Shown here piece after piece: positions 38,709 to 51,636 of a DNA stretch of 64,000 nucleotides. A model generated the notes under the pieces. It did not search any database. It was given only the letters and a program-made list of their open reading frames with translations, and was not told the DNA's origin. Within the stretch, counting starts at the first letter, position 1, and every line of letters begins with the position of its first letter. Location of the stretch: positions 868,860 through 932,859 of the forward strand of contig OZ316893.1 in assembly GCA_973895155.1 (NCBI GenBank). The letters are read 5' to 3'. A program made the translations under genes and the position numbers. This DNA is from Marsupella aquatica. Its lineage: Eukaryota; Plantae; Marchantiophyta.

Positions 38709-41700
38709 ATGGCGGCCAACCGAGCTGCCTTTGTTCAGTTCCCAGAGGAGATCTTGACTAAGGTACTAACTTCTTAAAACCGTGTTTGCAATCGTAGAGA
38801 TTTCTGGCTGATTTCGCTCGTTCCCTTTGCAGCTTTTCTATGTACGATCTCAATAACCAAAATTTCCGCGAATGCAACTTATGTGCAATGACGTTTCCTT
38901 AGATAGCATAGACATTACTCGATACACTCAGATTCCGGCTCACAGTCAAGACAGTGGCATTTGCAGTGTTTCATAATTCTTTCAATAAGGTAGTGCATCG
39001 CTCCAAGTATGGAATTGTGTTAGACTGCATGTCCAAGTATGGAATGTGTCAGACCAGTGATTCATTTTGCATAAAGATAGTGCATCTCTGAGGCTGGAAG
39101 ATGTTAGACCAACGAGATCCACCGGCAATTCCGCCAAACCAAAGGGTAAAAATATGGCACCGTAGTATCTGCTGGCGCCCGTCCTTGCTGCTGCGGCCCC
39201 TCCTTCAGAAAGATTTAGTGTAGCATTTCAATGTGTAGGTCTTCAGTCTGCTGAACATGGAGGATTTGCTGCAAGCGACAGCCGTATGCAAGGTTTGGCA
39301 GCAGGTTGCTTCATCGGAGGCTCTATGGGAATCAATTTGTCGACAACGCTGGCGCTTGTGGACGAAATTACCTGCAAGCGCTGCTGGCAGCAGCCAGCAT
39401 TGGCGTCAAACGTGTGCACGGAGAGTCGAACTCGACCGTTCCGCACGCCGCCTCGTAACGGAGATGGCTTGGCCGCTTAAAAGGCACAAGTGTCTTAGAG
39501 AAGTCGTTGAGTTTGGTGACCAGGTTGTTGAGGTACGTCCTACATCCTCCTCTTTATTGTTCAACAGAATTCGACTTGGTTTCCCACCGAGTCCTCGATG
39601 CAAACTTGACCAACGAAGTCTGTATGCCCTTTAGAACACGAGGCCTTTTGCCTTAGAGAAAAGATGGTGATCATCCCGGCGTGTAAACAATTTATTTTTC
39701 TGATGGCCCGAAGGTTGAATGTTCTATTGTCTTTAAGGAGCTAGAGAGGCTTTCTTCAAGACAAGGAGACCAGGAAGATGGCACCCGCTTCTTCGCTTCA
39801 AAGTCCTTACAGCGGATCAGCCAAAACAGCTGTATCATAGCCATGAAAGAACTGCTCGCTACTCCACTTTCACAGGTACCGACCAGACGGCTATGCCACT
39901 AATTCATTCGACCTTGCGTTTTAAAACGAAAGATGAATTCCTCGTAATTTGTTCGATTTCAGGTTGTCGGATGCACAAGGCGTTATTTCTAACCTCTTCG
40001 TATCATAAACTGGCCTGATTCGGAGCAGCTGGAGGACTGTCTCGCAAGGGGAGCATTGATAATATCCAAGCTCAGGTCCGTATATCCTCGGGTAGAGCAC
40101 TGCATATCATCATGCAAACTGTTTATCCCTGGAATGTCTCACTATTCTCATCTTTCCTTCGAATGTAGCACATGATTTTCCTTTTAATTTTCTACATGAT
40201 TCGTGTCGCGCAGATACCAGGATCTCGATATTGAAGTAGTCGAATCGAGGCTTGAAGATTGGAAGGATATCCTGTTACAGCGTCTCAGGAGCGATGCAGA
40301 GTAAGAGCAGAACCTGGCCATTTTCGAGTGTGGAAATCACAATGAAATAGATGTTCTCATGTCGTTTTTTGTTCTTCCGGCGTGGCTTTCCACTCATACT
40401 CTCTGAAGCTCTTCCGTTTGAAGTGCTCATAATGCATCGCTCTCCTCTCAGCGTAGCGCGATACGGTGGATTGAGTACTTCTGCTGGGGCTCTGGCTGGA
40501 TTGAAGCAGCTCAACGCATTGTTGTTTGGAGATGCGAGAGCTCCACCGCCTGGCGAGGACGCTGATTCGCAAGGAACACTTACTAGTGATCCACTTGTGG
40601 ACGTCAACGTTTTCAGGCAGTGCATGAACCTGCGAGCAAACGTAGATGACTACTACAATCCTTCAAATTTATATCTTAATGACGTGTTGGACTCACGGAA
40701 AGGAGTGGAGATCAGGTAATCATTAGTAATCAATCGTTTGTGCACCGTCCTTCATCGTACAGCAACTATCAGTAAGAGTCAATCGTTTGACTAACCTAGC
40801 AATCACGGCTGTTCTTGGTTCATCGGTGACTCCTCAATGATACACAACTCTGCTATGATGCAGCCTGGCGATCATTCATTCCGCCATAGGAAGGAGATCT
40901 AACATCCCAGTGCAAATAGTTGCCATTCCCATGCGTTTCGTCACCAAGGTTGGAGAAGAAGGGGAAACAGACGAGCGTTTCGTTGATGTATTCAATTCAG
41001 GACGGCTACTTCTACGTGACGAGTGTATTGACCTCATTCAGTAGGTACCAGGTACCTTTGTGGACAAGTCCAAGTTGGCCATATTATGTACTGGCCATGC
41101 TCTAGAGTGAATTATGAAGTTTCAAGATTGCATCATGTACCGGTTGGGACCACTTGTTCCCGGATGTGCTGTAGACCGTTACCGTTTACTCGATTCATTT
41201 TAATCAATGGTGTTTTGCTCTTGGGCAGAGAAATGGGTCTGGATATCGAGACTGACAGGCTAGCTCTTGTTCCTCCTTCAAGGATTTTTTACACGATATG
41301 CGACAATCTTTACGCGATCTACCAGCAGGTAAACGATCAATTTCTTATCTTACATGGAATTGGTTTTATTTCTCATCCAACAGGAGACATATGATACCAA
41401 AAGGATAGCACATTTCTGCCACTTCAATTAGTATGTCTATTCCGATGTTGCAGCGCGCTGCTATTGGCTGAGCTCGATCAAATCCGTCGCACTAGTATGG
41501 GAAGCCATCGATGTCCACTAGAAGCTTCTATAATTTACAGTTCTGCGAAGAAACTTCATCCCATAATTATTTCAGTATTGCTAAACGTGAACTAGCTCGA
41601 GTTTTGTCATACCTGGCGATAGCCACAACGACCAAAGCGGCTACATGTCCATGGAGAGGCTGGCATCTGCTTGTGAAACGATAGATATCCTCTACACTAA

Positions 41701-44143
41701 CGCTGCTAACCTGGAGCATCATGAGTTCTAAATGCCATACTTGGGAATAGCAGCAGCGACCAAAGCGGACACGCACAGGGAGACTAACATCTGCTTGTGA
41801 AACGATAGACATTTGCTCTGATGCGAATGTTTATTTTCAGTCACAAGGTTGGCTATTCGACCTGAATCTTCGAAAAGCCAACCTGCAAAACCATCTCTCG
41901 GATTCTGAGATCGTGCAGTGGCTTCAAAACGCAAGTGATAGGTTCTCCGGTCGAAGTACGACATTTTTGGATAGGTTTCCTTGGTCCCACGTCAGTTAAA
42001 GCATTCAGGTTGTAAATGAATACTTCGCTTTCTGTAGGGAGATGGGGACCAGGATGCCAGACGACAGCCAAAAGAACGACATTGGATGCAACTGCCCCTC
42101 TTGAACCTGTTGCTGGAAATCACCCCAGAGGACTGTTCACATCGTTTCAATCGAGTGAAGGTCCCCATTCCTGCCCGTTACGTTCTTGTCCATTCTAATC
42201 GATTATAATTCTTTGCATCGCACAGAAGCTATTAACTTGAGTTAACTGGCGATAACACTAGCTGAAATTTGTGAACAGCTTGGATCAGAAGGGTCAGACA
42301 TAGGATGGGCTGACAATTTTTATTGTTTTAAGTTGAGGAGCATTTTGGTGTTCTATGCAATCGTGGCCATAGCAGCCAAACCAATGGGGCAGTATTACAC
42401 CCGTGGTCTGTTGAATTAATTTTGAGGTGATGATCTGCAGCTCTTGCTGGAGATGTCAGACTTCGAGGCTGCACTAGAAGACCTACAGGTGATCACTTTC
42501 TCCCTAAGAACTTCTCGTCAACTCCAACATCTTCGTTCTGTCGAGTCCCGATTGTAAGAAGCATATTTCTGTCATCCAATCTACAACTACGTTTGAGGTG
42601 TGGTCCGATATAAACTTCGGTCCTCAAAGCTATTACTCACGCCTTATCATTGAAGCAGGCATTATTGCAGCTGATAGGCAACGGAAATGCTCAAGATGGT
42701 CCCATTACAAGAGCTCTTCTGGAGCAGTACTTGCAAAACGCGCAAGAAAAGCGCAAACTACATGCAGTAAGTCTTTGATCATGTGATTGGGGACGTGCCC
42801 TCTGCTGCCACCCACTAAGATTATTGCAGTGGAAAGCCTGTGGTCGCTATTTCAAGTTTGAGGTCCATTTAAGGGTCAGCTGTTTAGAAATTGCTTCAAA
42901 CTTCTCAAGCTTGCGGTCACTTTCTCCTTATATCACAATCTTGACGGAGGCTTGGGTTGGGTGGGCAGGCTTGGTGCAGTGAGCGAAGGACGCCACGGCC
43001 TGGAGATGTACTTTATAGAGTTGGAAACATCGTGAGACATGTCCGATTCCAATATTCTGGAGTTATTTATGGATGGGACAAAGTGTTCTCTCTTGACGAG
43101 GAATGGATTACGGCCATGAGGGTTGTGCCTCACACTCATATTTACCATTAATCTTTTCCAAGTCCTTCAAATGTTCGTAGAAGTTCAAAGGGAAGAACTG
43201 TCACTCGGCCTCGAGACTGTTCTCCAAATTACTGCTGAGGTTCCTTTTGTACCTCAAGGTAGAATTTGTATAACCCCATATTTGTCTTCGCAGATCGATC
43301 AGCTGCAGTATGGGCGGAGCCAGCCTTTCTACCATGTTCTTGTGGATCAGGACTTTGGGAATCAGAACTTTCGGAATACCTCCATGTATGGTACGTTGGC
43401 CCCACATAATTTTGCTGTTGCAGCGATTTCATCATACTATTCCTTCACCTTGATTGGTTTCGGTTATGTCCAGATACCATAGGTCCCTCCCCGCGCGCCC
43501 CCCCCCCCCCGCACCCCCGGGTCCCCCATCATCATTGAGACTTGGAATGAAATGCAACAGTGTAAGTTGTCTTCTTGCAGTCGCTCAGGAGAACATCATA
43601 TTGGCCCCTGATGCTGGAAGTATACTGCACAGGGACCTCGGTATGCATTTTCTGGGGTGTAGGTATGTTTCCATAGACTCTCCGCCTCTTCTGATGTTGA
43701 TGGCCGACCTACATGTGCAAATATATATCATATTCTGTCTTGATGTAAATTATTTTTCCTTGCTCATATTTATGTTTTCAGTCTATCTAAAAGCTATCGG
43801 AGACACCTTCGGGCGATCACACATTACACATTTCAGACATGCCGTTATACGCAATACTGAATAACCTCTCCGGGTGAACAGGAATGGAAGGTACATCCTG
43901 AACGACTATTTAAGTTATGTATATCCAGAAGATCTTCTCGACGACGAAAGTGAGCTACAGTTGCCAGTTAAAGTTGATGATATAGACGGACAAGGGACTA
44001 ATGTGGTGAACATTCTAGGGGCGGTTCCAATTGGGACACCATCCTCCACAACACCTAGCTCAGCTGAGAGCCTTCCTGATCCTCTGCGTAGTCTGCCTCT
44101 GGAAACGGATGAAGGCAATTCTAATTCAAGGTCCTCTGAGTAA
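38709..44143 (+). CDS. FBXO21-like protein: F-box + SirB1/transglutaminase-like domain + TPR-like helices + YccV/HspQ hemimethylated-DNA-binding-like domain, about 677 aa
   Basis: 15 exons: 38709-38762, 39239-39532, 39738-39875, 40029-40075, 40214-40300, 40452-40715, 40864-41040, 41229-41328, 42038-42160, 42441-42488, 42659-42766, 42969-43121, 43294-43390, 43581-43662, 43882-44143 (2034 nt, in frame). F-box FPEEILTKVFSLLNMEDLLQATAVCKVWQQVASSEALW; SirB1 DYYNPSNLYLNDVLDSRKGVEISLAIIHSAIGRR...FVDVFNSG; YccV YRVGNIVRHVRFQYSGVIYGWD...QPFYHVLVD...YVAQENI...YPED. Confidence 0.9.
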
Positions 44144-46380
44144 TGTAGTCTCTTTTTCTCTCATAAGCTTTCTCTGCTCCAATCTAAACTTCTTATTAGG
44201 TGCAGTGAGGATTTTGACATCGGGTATTTTTCCGATGACCTCCAGAGAGCAACCTCTGATGTGACAATCCGACAAGTTTCTCCTGTTAGTGTTCGATCAC
44301 ACGTTTTATGTGGATGGAACGGAGCAGCCAAACTAGCAATCTTTAGGGATGTACTCGTAAGGTACTTTCCCATATGGCTAACGCGTTTCACAGACAGGAT
44401 GGTTCGTTAGTCCTAGCCTGAGTTATTGCCCAGATATGTAACGATCAGATAGCGTAATTTTTTCCCGGAGCAACAGAGATGTACATTACGGTATCTTTGC
44501 AGGACGGTGAATCCGGCAGGGACATGTAGACGAAAATCAAAAGATTGTTTTCGTCCGAAATTTATTGAGCAATCCGTTCAAACCATCCAATGACTGTCTT
44601 TTCTCTTGGGATCTGTAACCAACTGGACCTGTAAGGCTGTGGAGGGTGGTCGAACTTCTCGCACAGTTTTCAAGCGTTGATGTGCGAGACCATCGTAATC
44701 TTGGAGACACAGATTCAAGAACTGCCACTATTTGGTAAGCTAACATAATCATGGTTATTCTTGATGGGATGGATATTGTTTTTAACATATAATTTCTAAG
44801 ACGTACCCTCAGTAGCGGTCAATGAGGGTTTATTTGTTAACCCATGAGGGTACCGTGCACAATCTTGAAAATGTTGTAGCCTGACAGTTAACACTAAGGA
44901 CTTCAATTGAGTTCCATATCGAAGGATCAGGTGAACTCACCTGATATTATCTATCATTGAGTTGATGTACTAAATGGTTGGCAAACCTTAGTTCGAAGGG
45001 ATTTAAATTCCTTTGTATTCCAGACTGCTGGCATTGTGAAAGGAGGGCTAAATCTCTTGAGTTTTCTTCTAGCTTTAGACTGAGACGACCGCTTTAGACG
45101 AAAAGCTAATGCAAGATGGAAAATATCCCACGCAACCAATTTTCAGTGGGCCTGAGGAGACCTCTAATATGTTAATGAGAATATTCTGGATAAATCCTCA
45201 TACTTATGGCCACTTTAATGACTGTCATTTACCCTATATCTGTGCAATTTCTCATAGTCATTACTGAAAAAAAGTACAAAGAAAGAACCCTTAGCTGAGC
45301 TGCATGTCCCATGCGGGGTCCCATGCATGCTGATGTGAACCCCAGGTTATATAGGGTACATGTAGGTGCTCTATAACCTGTCTACATAGAGCTAGAAATG
45401 AGTGTTCCTGCCCCTCCTCACCTTCTTCCCCTTGGCCTTCTCCTTGCCCTTGCATGCTCTTGGGGGGTAACCTGGACTTCCTCCTCCTCTTGGTTGCTCT
45501 CCTCGTCCCCATCCCCACCTCCACCGCCCTGGCTTGCCGTGCTACCACCTCCAGCACCAGTGCAACGTGCTGATTCAAATAATTGGTCTCCAGTGCTAGT
45601 TGGCCTGACTTGAGTAGTAGGAGCAGTACTTCCCTCCCCTGTCCCCTCCACATTTCATCGCCACTATTGGTGCCAGCCTTGATATGGGAGTCACCGTCAT
45701 CCTCCCCTCCTGCTTCCATTAGCAAACCAGGATGTCCTTTAGTCTCATATTCTTTACAAGTGATAACAAAAGAGAAAATCTTTCAAAATTGCAGTGAATG
45801 TAATAACCTCAAAATGCTCACCAATAATCCATCAACTTGCCTACAGAGATGCTCCTTCCCATGTTTCTGGCCCACCTCCATCTCAGCCGCTCTAATCTTT
45901 CTCTTGTACCTCTTGTACTAAGCCAAAACAAAAACCAACACAAATGGGTCAACACCAACCCATAACCCAAATATGATGGCTTTCAAGAATTAGGGGGGTT
46001 GTTGGGTGCTGGTGGGAAGGGAGGTTAAGGGCTTTGGGTTTACGGAGGGTGGCATGGGGAAGACCCTCAAACAACACTTGAACGACTTGAAAATTTAAAA
46101 ATTCAAATTTTTGAAATTTTGCAAAGTCGTAAGCTTTGCAATCATACAAGGAAAATAACATTTGCGAAGCTGTTTGAGATGCGAACATCTTCGCAAAGCT
46201 ACGCGGAGAAAAGGGCATAAAAAGGTTTGCGAAGCTACCCGCATCGCAAATGCTTTGCAAACTCTGTCATGACAAAAACCTGAGAGGGAAGCAATTGTAC
46301 GTGACCTAATCTGTCACAACAAGCCTAATTGTAACTACTTGGTGGCAAAGCAAGAAAGAGTTGGCTCATTGCAGGTGTGT

Positions 46381-46668
46381 CTCGGGGGGTTAACTTAGTG
46401 TATATTTTGGGGTACCACGTGTGATCCTAGCCTAATATAAAAACACCTATTTTATAATGGGAATATTCTAAAAATATTCTATATTTTCAATACTAATGAC
46501 CTATTTTATTTTATAAAAGATATATATTAGAGAATATTCTACAAATATAGGTTTATAATACCTTCTTTTGCTTTCTACGCTTTTTAAAAATTTAGCTAAT
46601 TTATATTAAAAAATACCTATTTTGGATCGCACGTGGTTCCTAAGATTCTTGATAGTCAACCCCCCGAG
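46381..46668. mobile_element. MITE copy 2, TIR CTCGGGGGGTTRACT, 8-bp TSD AGGTGTGT
   Basis: TSD AGGTGTGT at 46373-46380 and 46669-46676; TIRs match 14/15; about 18 differences from the 8687 copy by manual count. Confidence 0.96.
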
Positions 46669-48074
46669 AGGTGTGTTGGAATAGGAATTGGAGTAGCAAG
46701 AAGTTCAGGGAGGAGAGGGAGGTGCACTCACAAATGCTGCTTTGAGGCCAGGGAGGCCACCTTGACCAAGCATGTGGGTGATGTTGGGCTTGTCTCGGAC
46801 TCGCTCAGCTGCCTTGAGGAACTTGTTGGGTGGATTGTCCACTTCAGCTACAATCTGCTGGAGCTGGGCCACCTTCTGCTCCATCATCTTCAGGTCTTGA
46901 TCAGACTTCCCAGCCTCCTTTGCCCTTTGAGCCTTTGCTAACTTCTCTGTGAAATCATTGAGGAGCCTGGTTGCTTTCAACTTCACTCCATCTGGTAAAA
47001 GGTCTGCCAGATATCTTCTGAGAATTGTAGCGGCCTCTCCAAATTCCTATATTCCTCCAAATCTCTGAGGTGAGACCTGATCTTCATTCTGTCATGTATC
47101 TAGCTTGTGACATGGAATTTGAATTTTTATCAGCAAGCCAGTGTGAATCCATCTCTCCTCCATTTCGAAATGCATCTTTCACCTGATTTATCACTCGCTT
47201 TTGCTCTGCCTTTGAGCGAGTGCCCCACTCGACTCCTCTTGCACAAGTTGTGGATACAATGTGCCTGATTGTGCTCTTGGCCCCATTGTAAGCAAGCTCT
47301 GTGGGATACCCTCATCCTCAAAGTAATCAGAGGCAGCTTCCTCTTGCCTCCTTGCTTCTTTCTTTGCTCCTTCCTCTGTTTCCTGATCAGGTCTCTCTCA
47401 TCTTTCATCCTCTTCATTTCCAATGCTTGAGGGGAGAGTACTCCCGCCTGAGCTCTCTCATCCCTCTTTTGTTCCCTCTCAGCAACCTTCTCAGCAACCA
47501 TCTGCTCTGCTGTCTTCCTTGCTTCCTCCTGCTTGCCCTGCAATGAGACCTGCTTGGAAGGCCTGGCCCATAAGGGCACTCAATGATGCCAGCCATGTTG
47601 GACTGCTGAAATCAATTTGACTCAACTGTGCAACTGAAACATGCTCATCCACAATCGTCTCCAGTCAATCCCCCCCTTGGTTGCCTCCGCTGCTGCCAGA
47701 AGCTCCTCCATCACCACCAGTCCCCTCTCCGCTCGCCATTGCTCCGCCCTTGCCCTCGCCGCTCTCCTAAAGCCTGAATGAATTGAATCCGCCTTGTCCG
47801 CGCTCGGCAGTCCATAAGGATTCAAAAGATTAGGATCTACATCGGAGTTTGCAATGTAGATGTCTTTGCAAATGTTATCTTTGCGAAGCTATGGGATTCG
47901 CAAACGTCTTTGCTATTGGGTTTTGCGATAACCCCCGTCTCGCATGTGTTTAGGGATACTAAAGGGGGTTATGAACATTAATTAAATGGGGTAGAAGTAA
48001 GACCTAGAGGTTTATATTGCATTGTAAGGGGATGTGATCATATAAGGGTTGAGGGGGTTTAGAAAATTTAAGGC

Positions 48075-48470
48075 CTTATATTGGAGGGTAAGAGGAGTGG
48101 TCTTTTGTTGCGGCTTTTGGGGTTGGCCTGGTTGGGGGGGTTTCCTATTTTTAGAAGGTTGGGGCTTATATTGGAACGAAAGAGTTGGGGATATGTTTTG
48201 GCGTTTGGGTTTTGCCTGGTTGGGACGGTTTTCATTTTATGAAGGTTGGGCATATACTGGAGGGTAATAGTAGGGATTCAATGTGTGGGTTTTGGGTTTG
48301 GCCTGGTTGGGGAAGGGTTTATTTTGTCAAGGTTGGGCTTAGATTGGAGGGTAAGATATACAGGGGTTTTATGGTTTGGGTTGACAGGGGGGATTTTATT
48401 TTATGAAGGTTAGGGTTATATTTATTGGAGGGTAAGAGGAGGGGTTTTATGTTTTGGGTTTGGGTTTTAG
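48075..48470. repeat. G/T-rich degenerate tandem repeat, 82-90 bp period, about 5 copies
   Basis: TGGAGGGTAA-type anchor at about 48080, 48170, 48257, 48343 and 48425, followed by GGTTTTGGGTTTGGCCTGGTTGGGG-like tracts. Confidence 0.8.
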
Positions 48471-50387
48471 GCCAACTTAGGAGGGTAGGAAAGACAGGTT
48501 TAAGTTTTATGGACACTTGGGTTACTTTTGTGGTATCTTAGGAGGGTAACCAAGAGGGGTGGAATATAAATATGGTAGAGAGAAGCATAGGATGGTTAAA
48601 GAAAATTGACCATTTAGGTTGGGATTTAGGTTTTTGCTAACTTCATTGAGGGCTTAGCTCATTCAAGTAATTGTCCAACTTCATTCAGGGCTTAGGCTTT
48701 TAGAGTTTTTCCCAAGGGTCTAGGGTGGGTTTTTATTGCATGACACTCACCTTTGACTTGAGGGGGGTTAAGGGCTTAGGGTGTTGGTTTTTATGCTAAC
48801 AATTGAGGGGAACACCCAGTCATCTAATCATGATAGAGTGCAAGGCCATCACTACTTCCTCAACTTTTGTCTAATGCATATGCATTGTGGGAACCCGGGC
48901 ATCTAAATGGTATAACATCATGTATGCAGTCAATGTTGTTAGTACAGATTTGTTATGCTTGCCTTTCTTTGTTGTCATAAAAAACCAAAACCCTAAACCC
49001 TTAAGAACAATCATTTGGGTTGCGTAATGAGAAATCAATGTGAAGATACAGTCAACCCACGATCACCATCGCGATCAACTTGCGATTTCTTCCCTGCTGG
49101 TAATCACACATCAAAATGTGGCTGCATTCATTGATTGAAAGAAAAAAAACTAGGGTTATCACGGTATGCAGGGGGTGTCCTATATGTCATATTTTATTTT
49201 GATGTGCAGTTACCAAGACCCCCACTTCTTTCCTCCTTTTAGATTTTTTAAAGCGCAACGGGCATGTCTGACCAAATTATATTCAAACTAGCACAAGGCC
49301 AACTTATCTAACTTTGGCATCAGTTGTGGATCCTTCGCTTCTGTGATGCCATTCGTGACGGAGGGAATTTAGTGAAAGGTCGAACATATGGACGGCCAGC
49401 CGCTTTTGTACACTGCACCTAATTCTTATTAGGAATTCGGACCACCCTCTGTTTCCACGAAAGTCAAGTTTCAACACAATGGGAACACAAGGGCTCTCGT
49501 TAACATCGTCATCATTGCTCTAGGATGCTGATTTCATAAAATCGACATCTACGGAAGCCCTAGCCTGTGCTAGCGCGCTCTCTCTCACTCGAAACTTTGA
49601 ATCACTTTCCAGTTTCCATCCCGTTGGCTCGCCACTTATAATCTGGTCTTTCATCGATAAGTCAAAATATCATTCAAGACAAACAAAACGACAACCGCTG
49701 GTGTCATGACGCAGAATCAGTCGTCGAACGACTGGTTTATTACAGGTTGAAGCTGATTCTCATATGGTCTAATCCTAGGTGCGGATGACCGGGTCTCCAT
49801 ATCCCGCAATGGTGCCGACTCGGTCTCTATATTCCGCAACGTTCCTGACTATCCTGCGAGGTGATTCCCACATTCCTGGCTCGAATTCCTATTCGGAGTG
49901 AGTGGAATCTGTGAAAGCGGAGTCTGCACATCCTCGAAGTTGGGGAACGTCTGCGAGGTTTTCATAACCATGACGACGATTCAAATTTCATCTAAAAGCT
50001 AATATGCTTTTCGCGCTCAGGAGAATCTCGATGAACATTCAAATTTCATCTAAAAGCAAATCTACTTTTCGCGCTTCAGGGGACTGTGACAGTTTCCAGA
50101 GTAGAAGCATCTATCCAGGAGAGGCCGCGCCCAAGGTGACCGAGATGAGCAAAGTAGAGTACGCAACTATTTGCCAAGCGTGAATCATGAATCCTTGAGG
50201 AGAGCGATAATGCTACCTTTAGCAGCAGCCACCCTGTAGGCAGTTTCAGCGAGGAACAGACTCATCCGAGATACGTGGAGAAATGTCTGTGGACGATATG
50301 TGTATCTATTCAGTAGACTGCCACGTTTCCAGAAAGAAGGGAGGGCACACGAGCTAACTCTGGAAGTACGTGAAGTATTCTGGAATT

Positions 50388-50531
50388 GTACGTGGAGGAA
50401 AGTATCTAATCTTAGCGGTTTCATAGGCTATTTATGACGTTCAGAAACGGGGAAGTACTCAGTGATTGTACGAGGAGGAAAGTATCAATCTTAGCGGTTT
50501 CACAGTCTATTCATGACGTTCAGAAATGGGG
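50388..50531. repeat. Tandem duplication, about 80-bp period
   Basis: GTACG.GGAGGAAAGTATC.AATCTTAGCGGTTTCA...TATT.ATGACGTTCAGAAA.GGGG twice. Confidence 0.85.
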
Positions 50532-50620
50532 CAATGCGGTCTGGACGAACGGGATTCATTCGCAGCAGCGTCACAGTCATGTCCACAGCCCGGGGAGTGC
50601 ACACTTCACTACCTGTTAGA

Positions 50621-50730
50621 ACGCACGTTGAGTATTGAGCAAACAATGCAGCATGGACGCACGTTGAGTGTCGAGCAAACAATGCAGCATGGACGCACGT
50701 TGAGTGTTGAGCAAACAGTGCAGCATGGAC
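50621..50730. repeat. 36-bp minisatellite, 3 copies
   Basis: ACGCACGTTGAGTRTYGAGCAAACARTGCAGCATGG at about 50621, 50657 and 50693. Confidence 0.95.
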
Positions 50731-51219
50731 CAATGGATTCAACCGATTCAACTCACAGGTCTTTCAAACTGTTCCAAGATTTCTACTCAGAAATGGCTGT
50801 GGTGACTACGCTATCTGACTCTGCACAAATTTAAGCACTCGGAGCAGCGCAGAGGAATGGGATTCATTCACACCTTCATACGTTGACAGCAAGGAGAGAC
50901 AACATACGATGCCTACTTCGCAACTATGTCAGACATTTGAGGTGGAAAGGAACAATGATGGCGCGTTGACTTCCTGAGATATATTAGGTAAGCCGTTACA
51001 GCAACAGGTAAGTCATGAGTTACGCTACAAAAGGAACAGTGTCCAAATTTCTTTCGTTGTAATGTGATAGACTGGATAAGGCAGCGGATCCTGGGAAATT
51101 GTCAGAATACACTCCAGATGCAAAACGAGTGCAACGGTGGACCCCAACATCCGCTAGACTCAAAATCGTCCGGCTGCTGTGAGTTCATTTGCCAGGCGGA
51201 TGTACTCGACTTGCGTTAA

Positions 51220-51636
51220 GAGTTCAAAGACCATTCCGTGCATATCCCAGATAGACACACTAAGAGATCGCGAGTTTATCTGCAATGCAAGTGTGATCGA
51301 CTTATGTGTGAAGTTGACACTCGTTGGATAGACACGAGTTCAAAAACGCCCATTCGGTGCATATCCCAAACTGAAACACTGCAAGGGTATTCAGAACTCA
51401 ATCAGAAGCATGCTATTTGTGAAGCTCCTCTTTGGGATAGAGACGAGTTCAAAAACGCCCATTCTGTGCATATTCCAAACTGAAACACCGCAAGGGGGTA
51501 TTAAGAACTCCATCAGAAGCATGCTATTTGTGAAGTGGACACTCTTTGGATAGACACGAGTTTAAAAACGCCCATTCGGTGCATATCCCAAACTGAAACA
51601 CTGCAAGGGTTTTAAGAACTCCATCAGAAGCATGCT
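51220..51636. repeat. About 110-bp tandem repeat, 3 conserved copies plus 1 degenerate copy
   Basis: GGATAGA.ACGAGTT.AAAAACGCCCATTC.GTGCATAT.CCAAACTGAAACAC.GCAAGGG...AGAACTC.ATCAGAAGCATGCTA repeated. Confidence 0.92.

Larger units (their letters stand above)
45240..49000 (-). mobile_element. Large degenerate element, probably DNA-transposon derived, with broken coding remnants and repeated TTTGCGAAGCT motifs
   Basis: Frameshifted charged/coiled-coil ORF pieces (45291-45725, 46705-46986, 47130-47825); clusters of TTTGC(G/A)AA motifs at about 46118-46260 and 47848-47930; nested MITE. No transposase motif recognised; boundaries approximate. Confidence 0.35.

Noticed and set aside
50621-51636. 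Regularly spaced repeats as a CRISPR-like array
   Set aside because: Units are head-to-tail without unique spacers, no cas genes, eukaryotic context.
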